A DNA stretch of 64,000 bases from an uncultured Armatimonadetes bacterium (GTDB lineage Bacteria; Armatimonadota; UBA5829; DTJY01): contig OY970325.1 of the NCBI GenBank assembly GCA_963717145.1, positions 3,712,001 to 3,776,000 on the forward strand, read 5' to 3'. Positions 29,235 through 38,702 of the stretch are shown here, one piece after another. A program made the position numbers and the translations under genes. Below the pieces are notes generated by a model. That model searched no databases, was not told the DNA's origin, and saw only the letters and a program-made list of their open reading frames with translations. Position 1 is the first letter of the stretch, and every line of letters begins with the position of its first letter.

Positions 29235-30746
29235 TCAGTGCAGTTTTGTCTTGGATGCACAGCCTGGATTCGTTGTGCAGTAGAAATTGGCGATGGGCTC
29301 GTTGTTACGACCGGGACACGGATACCTCATGTTACACAGACTGGTTCCCGGGTAGTGGTGCGCTATACTGACGGCGTGCGCTAACTCATGGGCGATCACC
29401 TGTGAGATGATCGCCCCGTCATCCGGATCGACAGTTGTGGGGTCATGAGTTGGATCAGTCCACCCGCGGATCCATTCAGGATATATTCTAACCTCTGTAA
29501 CACCGCAGGGTATGTTTGGTCCTCCAAAGCAGTAGCCCGCCTCGTAGTTAGGGTCATATCCAGCATCAAGCAGCAGTATGCCGCACTGATTGTTGTCCTG
29601 ATTGTAGTTCACTTTGCGGGTGGAGCTGTCCCACTCATTGGCGTTGATGGTGTGCGCCTCCAGTCCCAGGGCGCCGAACGAGCCAAGTCCCAGGCTGTCC
29701 TTGTCGCGGATGTACACGTCCTTCTTGCTATCGGGGTCTGTTCGTGTATGATCCCCAGCAATCATGAAGCCTCGGTACTCATCGAAGCGTGAGAAGCCGT
29801 CACCCTTATTCAGTCCGACCGGCGTGTCCTCGTCATCATCCCAGCGCGTTCCTGGCGTCCCGTCCGGCTTCTTGTCGTGGGCCCAGGCATCTGCGATCAG
29901 GTTGTGGTTCGCGTCGTTAGGTATAGTTCCAAGCCATTCCTTCGGGTCCGTCCCCTCTACGTAAGCATCCTGATCGACGTACACGTGAGCACTCGCATAA
30001 AACCAGGCAAATGCACCGTAATCATGACAACTAATACCGATCGTCGCCTGATTGACCTGAGAGGCAGTAACTGCCCAGTCCGGAGAGGTGTTCCACCCGG
30101 CCTGATTGGGGGTGAATTCCAAGTCCGGATCAGTCCCCGTACCGGCATTACAGCATGTCCCCGTCCAGTTGAAATATGACTGGAACGTGAAGTACACCCA
30201 GATCATACCTTGTACACCTTCTGGCCTTATTGTGACCGTCATGCTCGTTGTGCTGTCAACTGCAGGAATCCAGCCGGAACTGCACTTGCTGATCGTGACG
30301 TCCCATACTTTGACGGTTACCGAGTTATCCGCGTCTGTCGTCACCGGTCCTTCATCATAATGCTTCTTGGGGTCCGCGGGACCGTCATCGATCGTCAGCG
30401 TCACCACGTATATGCCGACTTCCTCGAATGTGTGCGTCACATTCTGACTGTGCGCATTCGGCGTGGTATCCCCGAAGTCCCATTCCCAAGAATTGATGTC
30501 ATCGTTAACGAGCACGGGATCGCAGAAATCGTCCTTGTCGGATGAGTTGTTATCATAGAAGCTTGCTTCCCCCCCGACCGGCACATAGATGACATGACCT
30601 GTATTGCCGGTTCCAGGGCCGGTGCCCGTTGCCCTGGCGACAGGCGGGGTACCCTGTTCGTACCAGAAGCACAATCCCGGGAGACTGCTCATGACCATCA
30701 GAAAGAGCGCCAGCACCATCGCATATGGGAGTATTCTTGTGGACAT
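29235..30746 (-). CDS. Secreted PKD-domain protein with C-terminal zinc metallopeptidase motif
   Basis: WEWDFGD...HTF..VGIYVVTLTI (PKD); HELAHAVSIAH followed by CNMRYP. Confidence 0.7.
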   Translation of the reverse strand: MSTRILPYAMVLALFLMVMSSLPGLCFWYEQGTPPVARATGTGPGTGNTGHVIYVPVGGEASFYDNNSSDKDDFCDPVLVNDDINSWEWDFGDTTPNAHSQNVTHTFEEVGIYVVTLTIDDGPADPKKHYDEGPVTTDADNSVTVKVWDVTISKCSSGWIPAVDSTTSMTVTIRPEGVQGMIWVYFTFQSYFNWTGTCCNAGTGTDPDLEFTPNQAGWNTSPDWAVTASQVNQATIGISCHDYGAFAWFYASAHVYVDQDAYVEGTDPKEWLGTIPNDANHNLIADAWAHDKKPDGTPGTRWDDDEDTPVGLNKGDGFSRFDEYRGFMIAGDHTRTDPDSKKDVYIRDKDSLGLGSFGALGLEAHTINANEWDSSTRKVNYNQDNNQCGILLLDAGYDPNYEAGYCFGGPNIPCGVTEVRIYPEWIRGWTDPTHDPTTVDPDDGAIISQVIAHELAHAVSIAHHYPGTSLCNMRYPCPGRNNEPIANFYCTTNPGCASKTKLH

Positions 30747-31825
30747 TACTGTGCCACCCCCAGATCTTCCACCATTTCACCTGCCCGCACTTTCGCCTCT
30801 TTCCCCCAGTCATTCTTTGGGTATTTCTGGGCGAGCAGATTGTACGTGGACAATGCCTCGACCTTCTTCCCTATCCTGGCCTGGCTGTCACCCATCACAT
30901 AGAGAATGTAGACTTCCCAAGAGGCCGGAGGGTTCTTCGCTAGTATGGATTGGCATTCCGTCACCACCTCTGCAAAGCGCTTCTCCGAGATATAGCTGGC
31001 AGTCACCTCGGCCATCATCCACCAGGTGAAGTAGTTCTCGGGAAGAGTGCGCAAGGCATCTTGGAGAATCTGGCGACCCTTTGCCGGATCGTTGTGGAAC
31101 CGATCATCGGCGAGGTCCTTACCCTGGTAGATATACCATTGGGCCAGCCTGATACGCGACCATGCGACCTGCTTTATCTCGGTCGGATACTCTTTCTGCA
31201 CGCTTTCCAAAAGTGCAAACGCCTTTTCCAGTTCAGCAATATCCGCACTCTTGTACCATTTCTGGAACTGGGCGGTGCCTGCGAGGACAACAGACTCAGC
31301 CTTTACCGCCAACGCCGTCTTCATATTGTCCTTTACGGCTGCAAAGTTGCCGAGCGCCTGGTCGAGGTCAAGCTCACCGACCTGAAGCCTGGCGAGACGA
31401 AACTTCGCGAGTTGGGCTTCGGAGGTATCAGGATACCGACGCGTTACCTCAAGGAATGCATTGTAGGTATCCGGTCGCTTGGCTTTGCTGGCCAAATAAG
31501 CCAACCTCAGAAGCGCATCCGGGGCTTTGGGGCTGGAGGGGTGCAAGTCAGCAACCTGATGGAAATGTGTTTCCGCAAGCGTGAGATCTTTCTGCTTGAT
31601 GGCTATGTAGCCCAGTTTCCATGTGGCCTCTACTGCTTGGGCAGTTTCGGGGTATTGAGTGGCAATCTGGGTGAACAGGCCCTTCGCAGTGTCCACATTC
31701 CCGGTATCGAGTGCATTGTAAGCTGCCGTGAGGCTTTCCTGGACAGTTGCGGCCTGGGCCGACATTGCCAAGAGAAGCAGAATGAAAGGGAGCGCCCAGT
31801 ACTTCGGCCTACCTAGGATAGACAT
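30746..31825 (-). CDS. Exported tetratricopeptide repeat protein
   Basis: Signal peptide and repeated YP....A..A...LG/LA units. Confidence 0.85.
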   Translation of the reverse strand: MSILGRPKYWALPFILLLLAMSAQAATVQESLTAAYNALDTGNVDTAKGLFTQIATQYPETAQAVEATWKLGYIAIKQKDLTLAETHFHQVADLHPSSPKAPDALLRLAYLASKAKRPDTYNAFLEVTRRYPDTSEAQLAKFRLARLQVGELDLDQALGNFAAVKDNMKTALAVKAESVVLAGTAQFQKWYKSADIAELEKAFALLESVQKEYPTEIKQVAWSRIRLAQWYIYQGKDLADDRFHNDPAKGRQILQDALRTLPENYFTWWMMAEVTASYISEKRFAEVVTECQSILAKNPPASWEVYILYVMGDSQARIGKKVEALSTYNLLAQKYPKNDWGKEAKVRAGEMVEDLGVAQ

Positions 31826-31971
31826 ACATACCTCCTCTGATTAGTGTTCAGTGCAGAAGTCGTAGTGTCGGTAGCCAAAGAACACGGCATCACCCGCCTT
31901 TTGCGTGTACTGGTTACATCAGCAATCAGTACCATACCTGTGAGCTTGCTGATCATTGATTCCCAGTTGGT

Positions 31972-32000
31972 ATGATATACCATAGACCGGGTGAAGTCAA
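31972..32000 (-). promoter_or_regulatory. sigma70-type promoter of the TPR-PKD operon
   Basis: Minus strand TTGACT-N17-TATCAT, abutting the IS target duplication. Confidence 0.55.
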
Positions 32001-32008
32001 GCAGAGAT

Positions 32009-33475
32009 GTAACAGTTCACGCTTGGGGATAACGAGTTTGATCAGGCAGGGAAGAGGACAGACTTGCCTGCGAGCAGTTGCCTGCATGATTCGAGCATGT
32101 CCAGACCCCTGACGTGCCATGTGCCAAACAGACTCATGAGCGTCATCTTTGTCTCAGAACCCTTCTCGCTTCTCGTCCCGCCGCATACCTTGCGCGCGAT
32201 CACGCACGGCCTCAGCGCTCGTTCTGCGCCATTGTTGTCCGACGGTACTTCCGGGTACTCTACGAACATGAACAACTCGTGCAAGCGATCTATGAATCTC
32301 TTTGCCAGCGTCTGCTGTGGAGCATCTGAGCCGACATACGGACCTGAGAGCGCCTCTACCTCTTCCTCGAAGAGTACTCGCTTCCACTTGCGAACCTCCG
32401 CCTTCTTGCTCCGGAACTCCTTTGCCCGATCGTAAACACCCTTCACCGCATCCGCCCATGCGATGACGCCCGTGTCGTCCGCGTTCCTCTCCTTCAGTTT
32501 GTGCAGATCCCTGGCCAGATGTGCCCAGCATATCTGGCGGTCTGCAACTACCGGGTTGTATCCGGCATAGCAATCCGTTACCACTACCCCTTCGTAGTCG
32601 CCGCCTATCGTTTCCTTCGGGATCTCTCCACTCCGACTCCGCCGGTAGATGAAGTAGCGCACGTTCTTAGTGGAGAAGGTCCAGATGTATCCGTTCAGCC
32701 CATCCTCTCTCCAGCCCGTCTCGTCTGCGTTTATGTATGGGCTTCCACGTACAAGCGAGAGTAGTCGCTCTTTCTCTTTTTTGCCACAGTCTGCCACCGT
32801 GTGCAATATCTCGCTTATCTCTCCCACAGAGAGCCGAAGACCATACAGAGCCTTCAGCAATCCCTGTATCGTCCGCTTTGTCATGCGACCTACCGTCGAA
32901 AGATACGATATCAGGCTCATCAGGTTCACGCCTACCCGATGCTTGCCTACAACCTGGCCGGAAAGGTCAACCTTCGGCACATGACTCTTGCCACAGTATC
33001 CGCATCTTCTGGCGATGAACCTGTGCTCGACTACGTCCACAGGCACGATGGGGATGTCGATGACTTGGCGGAGTCTCTTTACCGTGCCCCCTGTGAGCGC
33101 TCGGCCGCAGTCCGGACACTTCGAGTGCGCGTGCTCGACTACACGGGTGGGTGTCTCCCGCCTGCGCACGAACGACTTCTTGCGCTTCTTTCGTTCAGCT
33201 GCCCGGCGCTCTTTGCGGTTCGGCTTCACCCAGTCAGGCACGGATGGGGAACTGCCATCACCGCCGGAAAGCCTGGCGCGAAGGTCTTCGTTCTCCTTCT
33301 CCAGGTCGCCGATACGCGCCACGAGTTGGGGAACTAGACCTTCCAACTGGCTGACCCTGGCCTCAAGCTCCTCGTATGTCGGCTTGGATTGCTCGCTCAC
33401 ACTCCTTGGTTCGAGACGCTCCCAGCAGGTTCCTTCTTCTTACAGACAAAATAATCCCTAAGCCTGAACTGTTAC
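32009..33475 (-). mobile_element. Second type of single-ORF IS66 family element
   Basis: Ends GTAACAGTTCA / TGAACTGTTAC; 8-bp target duplication GCAGAGAT at 32001-32008 and 33476-33483. Confidence 0.93.
32042..33400 (-). CDS. IS66 family transposase
   Basis: CPDCG, ADETGW, QICWAH and DNNGAERALR motifs. Confidence 0.95.
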   Translation of the reverse strand: MSEQSKPTYEELEARVSQLEGLVPQLVARIGDLEKENEDLRARLSGGDGSSPSVPDWVKPNRKERRAAERKKRKKSFVRRRETPTRVVEHAHSKCPDCGRALTGGTVKRLRQVIDIPIVPVDVVEHRFIARRCGYCGKSHVPKVDLSGQVVGKHRVGVNLMSLISYLSTVGRMTKRTIQGLLKALYGLRLSVGEISEILHTVADCGKKEKERLLSLVRGSPYINADETGWREDGLNGYIWTFSTKNVRYFIYRRSRSGEIPKETIGGDYEGVVVTDCYAGYNPVVADRQICWAHLARDLHKLKERNADDTGVIAWADAVKGVYDRAKEFRSKKAEVRKWKRVLFEEEVEALSGPYVGSDAPQQTLAKRFIDRLHELFMFVEYPEVPSDNNGAERALRPCVIARKVCGGTRSEKGSETKMTLMSLFGTWHVRGLDMLESCRQLLAGKSVLFPA

Positions 33476-33490
33476 GCAGAGATTTGCACA

Positions 33491-34990
33491 GAAAGAGTTC
33501 ACGATCGTTGATAGTGAAGTTTGTCAGGCTGGATCGGTCGCGGGTGTCTGAGGAACGCCCATGAGCATCCGCCGGCATGACTCCATCGCATCTTCACCAC
33601 GCAAGTGCCAGGTCCCGAATAGACTCATCAGCGCCATGCGGGTCTCAGATCCCTTGGCCGACCGTGTGCCGCCGCTGATCTTGCGAGCCGTTACCGCAGG
33701 CCGGATCGCTCGCTCGGCCGCGTTGTTCTCGCTTGGTACTTCCGGACATTCTACGAAGACAAACAGCTCCGGCAGGAACCTCTCGATCCGCTGAGCCAGT
33801 ATCCGCTGGGGAACATCCCGCTTCAGGTATGGCCTGGCGAGCCGATACAACTCTTCCTCGAATGCGATCCGCTGCTCGTGCCGAGCCTTCGACTCCTCGT
33901 TCGAATATCTCTTCGCGCGTCTGTAAACGGCCTTGACCTTGCCGACCCAGACTGCTACCCCTCTCTTGTCAGGGTTCGCCTCGACGAGCGTTCGCAAGTC
34001 CCGCAGGTAGTGCACCCAGCACCGCTGATGCCGCCCCAAGAGCACGTTGTAACCGCAGTAGAAGTCGCTTACGACTACACCGCCGTAGTCCTCTCCCAGC
34101 ACATCCTTTGCGACCTCTCCGCTCCGACTCTTGTCTCGGATGAAGTAGCGCACGCGTGGCGTCGAGAAGCTCCAGATGTATCCGTTCCTCCCGTCTTCCC
34201 GCCAGCCGGTCTCATCCGCGTTCACCGCAGGGCTTCCCCGCACCGCATGAAGAAGCTTCTCTACCTCCGACTTCCCCATGGATGCTACCGTATGTAGTAT
34301 CTTTGTGATCTCTCCGCGCCCGAGATGCAGACCGTAGAGTGATTCCAGAAGCTTCTGCACACGCTCGACCGGCATTCTACCGACCGTGTGGAGATAGCTC
34401 ACCAGGCTCATCAGCCGGATGCCCACCCGGTGTGTCCCGACCACCTCTTCGGAGAGGTCGAGCTTCGGCACGTGTATCTTGTGGCAGACTCCGCAGTACC
34501 GTCCGATCACCAGGTGCTCGATGATCCTGACCGGCATCACCGGTATCTCGATCACCTGCCGGCTGTGATGCATCGTGCCGCCGGAGAGCTTCCTGCCGCA
34601 GTCGGGACAGGTGTCGAGCGCGTGCTCCACGATCTCCGTGGGGGTCTCCCTCAAGCGGGCAAACGACTTCTGCCGCTTCTTGCGATCCTTCTTCTTGCGC
34701 TCGGGCCGGTTTGCCTTCACAAAGGCAGGTATCGTCCTGCCGCCGCCACCGAGCTTGGACCGGAGTTCTTCATTCTCCTTCTCAAGCGCTCGGACGCGTT
34801 CGGTCAGGGTGTCTACACCTTCACGCAACTCCAGGACGGCCTGATGCTGCTCTCGGATCGCCTGGTGCTGCTCCAAGACGATGCCGATCAGTTCTTCTCT
34901 TGATAGGTTGCCGAGATCGTTCACAACCTACCATTCGACAGCCGATCCTGGGGTACCTTCCTCAGATTATCAATGATCGTGAACTCTTAC
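33491..34990 (-). mobile_element. IS66 family element, copy 2 (same as 16148-17647)
   Basis: Same TIRs and identical translated ORFs; target duplication TTTGCACA at 33483-33490 and 34991-34998. Confidence 0.95.
33524..34924 (-). CDS. IS66 family transposase
   Basis: Protein identical to 16181-17581. Confidence 0.95.
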   Translation of the reverse strand: MNDLGNLSREELIGIVLEQHQAIREQHQAVLELREGVDTLTERVRALEKENEELRSKLGGGGRTIPAFVKANRPERKKKDRKKRQKSFARLRETPTEIVEHALDTCPDCGRKLSGGTMHHSRQVIEIPVMPVRIIEHLVIGRYCGVCHKIHVPKLDLSEEVVGTHRVGIRLMSLVSYLHTVGRMPVERVQKLLESLYGLHLGRGEITKILHTVASMGKSEVEKLLHAVRGSPAVNADETGWREDGRNGYIWSFSTPRVRYFIRDKSRSGEVAKDVLGEDYGGVVVSDFYCGYNVLLGRHQRCWVHYLRDLRTLVEANPDKRGVAVWVGKVKAVYRRAKRYSNEESKARHEQRIAFEEELYRLARPYLKRDVPQRILAQRIERFLPELFVFVECPEVPSENNAAERAIRPAVTARKISGGTRSAKGSETRMALMSLFGTWHLRGEDAMESCRRMLMGVPQTPATDPA

Positions 34991-35107
34991 TTTGCACATT
35001 CGTCTGTTACGCAACGACTCGCCCTCTGGAATGGACTACCACTTGGCAATTGGGAGCACGAAGTGCTCTGTTTGCCTCTCGACCAGCGCAACGGGCTTTG
35101 CATCACC

Positions 35108-36466
35108 GTGTTGCCTCATTTAACTTTGTTACCGAAACGCCATTCGTTGCGTCATTGATAATGTTACCAAGTAGTGTGTTCAAGTATGTCAGATCGGCTC
35201 TTGATCGCCGCTCAGGGCCGCGCCTTGCTCGCTTTCGATCTGTCTTTATTCGGCATCCTGTCAAGCTTTGATGATAGCCTGTGGATGCGTCTTAGTAGCT
35301 CCACCGGGTTCGTCGCTCTACGTTCTTTATCGAGGCGATCCTTTGCTTCATCGTCAAGCCATCCTTCAACACTTATCAGCTTGCGGTACGGCGTCATCGC
35401 AGGCTCATAGCGTTTGATCACTTTACTCCCAATCCGCTCCTTTTCTTTAAGACGCATCATGGGCTGACAGAAGTTGTGATACGCCACGATCAGCGGATAT
35501 ATCGCCTTTAGTACCGCAAGCTGCTCGTCCGTCTCGAATCGCCGGTAACCTATAAACTGCCGGACTACGCTCCAGTTCTTCTGCTCTACATGACATTGAT
35601 CGTTCTTCTTGTAAGGCCGACTGCGCGTAAACGTGATCCTGTGCGCTCGACAGTACTTGTTCATGTGATGGTTGATGAACTCGCCGCCGTTGTCGGTATC
35701 TATGCCTCTGACTGCAAACGGTGCGCTCTTGGACGCGGACTGCACCGCAAGCACGGTTCCGTGCTCCCCTCGGCCTTTCATTCCATCAAGCGCTACCCAT
35801 CCGGTCGCTACATCAGTCATAGTCAAAGTATACAGGAACTCTCCGCTCCCGTCACCTCCGCAATGACCCACCAAGTCCATCTCGAAGAACCCAGGCTCAG
35901 CTTCATCCCAGTCGGCAAACGTCCTCACCGGGATCTGAGACCGAAGCAGTGTCCCCGGCTTTGTTAAGGTCCTCCCTGTTAGCGATAGGGCAGACCGCTC
36001 CTTCTTCATCAACCTGTCGATGCTCGACGCGCTGATCGAGTTAAGCAGCCTCTCTTCTTCTGGTGTAACCGTTATCTCCCCGAATGACTCCAGTATGGGT
36101 AGAAACTCAGTCAGAAACGGCTGCAGACGCTTACCGCACGCGTAGAAACTCGCAGCCCAGAGTGTCTTCAGCTTGTGGGCTATCGGCTCGTATTTCGACT
36201 TCCTTGCGCGTCTCACTGGACTCCTCGCTGGTGGAACTCCTTTCGCGAACAGCCTCACCAGCGACTTCCTGTGGTAACCGGTCAATCCCTGGACTTCACT
36301 CAATACCAGCTTCTTCTCCGATTTGGTGGCTTTGCCATATTCTTTGCGTTTGCGCCTCACGACTTCTCTTACGGATGCAGTTGTCATCTTCTCCATGCCT
36401 CAGTTTCGGTAACATTCTTATCTGAGGCAACGTTTCCGTTTCGGTAACATCGTTCGTGAAGCAATT
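35108..36466 (-). mobile_element. ISNCY-like element with integrase-core transposase (ends approximate)
   Basis: Two copies of GGTAACA-N8/9-TGA(G/C/A)GCAA at each end, in inverted orientation between the ends. Confidence 0.7.
35212..36396 (-). CDS. DDE integrase-core transposase
   Basis: GYHRKS, TKPGTLL, EMDLVGHCG, DTDNGGEFIN and SRPYKKNDQCHVEQKN motifs. Confidence 0.9.
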   Translation of the reverse strand: MEKMTTASVREVVRRKRKEYGKATKSEKKLVLSEVQGLTGYHRKSLVRLFAKGVPPARSPVRRARKSKYEPIAHKLKTLWAASFYACGKRLQPFLTEFLPILESFGEITVTPEEERLLNSISASSIDRLMKKERSALSLTGRTLTKPGTLLRSQIPVRTFADWDEAEPGFFEMDLVGHCGGDGSGEFLYTLTMTDVATGWVALDGMKGRGEHGTVLAVQSASKSAPFAVRGIDTDNGGEFINHHMNKYCRAHRITFTRSRPYKKNDQCHVEQKNWSVVRQFIGYRRFETDEQLAVLKAIYPLIVAYHNFCQPMMRLKEKERIGSKVIKRYEPAMTPYRKLISVEGWLDDEAKDRLDKERRATNPVELLRRIHRLSSKLDRMPNKDRSKASKARP

Positions 36467-36729
36467 CGATCACTTGACTTTGCCGCGCGATTCCGGTTAT
36501 CATATCAACGAAACCAGCAGGGTGGGCGATTGAGCGCCCGTTGTGCTGGAGAGAAAAGACGGTCCTTCCGCACTTGCATATCGGCGGGGCAAGCCCGTTT
36601 TTCCGGTATCTCGATGAAATGGAAGGCCGAGTACCCGCCAATCCTTGACGGATATTCGGCCATTTTTCGTCCGTATGGTGCGAGTCGGACGAGTCCGACG
36701 GGTCGGACATGTCAGAGCGAAGGGAAGTG

Positions 36730-38484
36730 ATGACGATCGGGAATCGAGCCGTGCTTGAATGGGTGGACGAAATGGCGAGGCTGTGCAAGCCCGACCGCGT
36801 TGTCTGGTGCGACGGCTCCCTCGAGGAGAAGGAGCGCCTGACGGCCGAGGCTCTCTGCACCGGTGAGTTGACTGAACTCAACCAGGACAAGCTCCCGGGA
36901 TGCACATACCATCGCACCGCGACGAACGACGTGGCGCGCACCGAGCATCTTACCTTCATCTGCACCAGCAAGGAAGAGGATGCCGGGCCCACCAACAATT
37001 GGATGTCGCCCGAGGACGCATACCGCAAACTCGGCGCGCTTTTCGACGGCTCCATGAGCGGCCGAACCATGTACGTCGTCCCGTTCATCATGGGCGTCCC
37101 CGGATCGCCGTTCAGCAAGATCGGCGTCGAGATCACCGACAGCATCTACGTCGTCTTGAACATGCGCATCATGACCCGCATGGGCAAGATCGCGCTCGAC
37201 GCACTCGATCATTCAACAGATTTTACCAAGTGCCTGCACTCGAAGCACGAACTCGACATCGAGCGCCGGTACATATGCCATTTCCCCGAGGACAACGCCA
37301 TCTGGAGCATCGGCTCCGGATACGGCGGGAACGTCCTGCTCGGCAAGAAGTGCCTGGCCCTCCGGATCGCGAGCTGGATCGGACACCAGGAAGGCTGGAT
37401 GGCGGAGCACATGCTCATCCTCGGCGTGGAAAGCCCCGAGGGAGAGATTCATTACGTCGCGGGCGCGTTCCCGAGCGCGTGTGGGAAGACCAACCTCGCG
37501 ATGCTCGTGCCCCCTGAGTCGATGCCGGGCTGGAAGGTCTGGACGGTCGGCGACGACATCGCCTGGATGCGTATCGGTCCCGACGGGCGGCTCTGGGCGG
37601 TCAACCCCGAGGCGGGATTCTTCGGTGTCGTGCCGGGGACGAACTTCAAGACGAACCCTAACGCCATGCGCAGCATCGCGCGGAATACGATCTACACGAA
37701 CGTGGTGTTGAGGCCGGACGGAAACGTCTGGTGGGAGGGCCACGACGAGGACCCGCCCGAGCATGGGATCGACTGGCAGGGGCAGTTCTGGACGCCGGCA
37801 TGCGGTGAAAAGGGCGCTCATGCGAACTCACGGTTCACCGCGCCGGCATCCCAGTGCCCGAGCATCTCGCCGGAGTGGGAGAATCCTCAGGGAGTGCCGA
37901 TCTCCGCGATCCTCTTCGGCGCGCGCCGGGCACACCTGGCTCCGCTCGTGTACCAGTCGTTCAACTGGCAGCACGGGACATACATCGGGGCGACGATGGC
38001 CTCCGAAACAACCGCCGCTGCACTCGGCGCGCAGGGAATCGTGCGGCGCGACCCGATGGCGATGCTCCCATTCTGCGGCTACAATATGGCGGAGTATTTC
38101 CGGCACTGGCTCGACATCGGGCAGGGGCTTGTCGATCCGCCGAAGATCTTCCGCGTCAACTGGTTCCGCCAGGACGAGGGCGGCAAATTCCTCTGGCCGG
38201 GATTCGGCGACAATCTGCGGGTGCTGAAATGGGTGATCGAGCGCTGCAAGGGCGAGGGCAATGCCGTCGAGACCCCGATCGGGTACGTGCCGGCTGCGGG
38301 GAGCATGTATCTCGACGGGCTGAAGATCTCGTACCAGACGATGGAAGAGCTGACCCACGTGGAGAAAGACTCGTGGTACGAGGAACTCGAGAGCCAGACG
38401 GAATGGTTCCAGCAGTTCGGCTACTCGCTTCCCCTCGAGATCTGGCAGGAACACGAGGCCCTCGCAGACCGACTGACGCGTTGA
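36730..38484 (+). CDS. pckG: Phosphoenolpyruvate carboxykinase (GTP)
   Basis: GSGYGGN, FPSACGKTNLAM, VGDDIAW and RRDPMAMLPFCGYN motifs. Confidence 0.97.
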   Translation: MTIGNRAVLEWVDEMARLCKPDRVVWCDGSLEEKERLTAEALCTGELTELNQDKLPGCTYHRTATNDVARTEHLTFICTSKEEDAGPTNNWMSPEDAYRKLGALFDGSMSGRTMYVVPFIMGVPGSPFSKIGVEITDSIYVVLNMRIMTRMGKIALDALDHSTDFTKCLHSKHELDIERRYICHFPEDNAIWSIGSGYGGNVLLGKKCLALRIASWIGHQEGWMAEHMLILGVESPEGEIHYVAGAFPSACGKTNLAMLVPPESMPGWKVWTVGDDIAWMRIGPDGRLWAVNPEAGFFGVVPGTNFKTNPNAMRSIARNTIYTNVVLRPDGNVWWEGHDEDPPEHGIDWQGQFWTPACGEKGAHANSRFTAPASQCPSISPEWENPQGVPISAILFGARRAHLAPLVYQSFNWQHGTYIGATMASETTAAALGAQGIVRRDPMAMLPFCGYNMAEYFRHWLDIGQGLVDPPKIFRVNWFRQDEGGKFLWPGFGDNLRVLKWVIERCKGEGNAVETPIGYVPAAGSMYLDGLKISYQTMEELTHVEKDSWYEELESQTEWFQQFGYSLPLEIWQEHEALADRLTR

Positions 38485-38494
38485 GGCTCGGGGG

Positions 38495-38568
38495 GTCGTC
38501 ATGCTGAACTTGATTCAGCATCCACGGAGGCGGCAGATGGATGCTGAATCAAGTTCAGCATGACGACG
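38495..38568. repeat. Palindromic repeat family D
   Basis: GTCGTCATGCTGAACTTGATTCAGCATCC...GGATGCTGAATCAAGTTCAGCATGACGAC; a related unit lies at about 20179-20256. Confidence 0.8.
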
Positions 38569-38702
38569 GCTTGTATTTTCAAGGAAGATACGGGGCACGG
38601 TGGGTGAAAACTCGCCGTGCCTTTTTGTATATGCGCCCCAAGCAGGCATTGTCCCCTCAGGCGGCGAACAGCAGAGTTGATCTTGTGAGGGAGGACACTA
38701 CT

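Noticed and set aside
16148-34990. Composite transposon bounded by the two matching IS66 copies
   Set aside because: Each copy has its own matching 8-bp target duplication, showing independent insertions.
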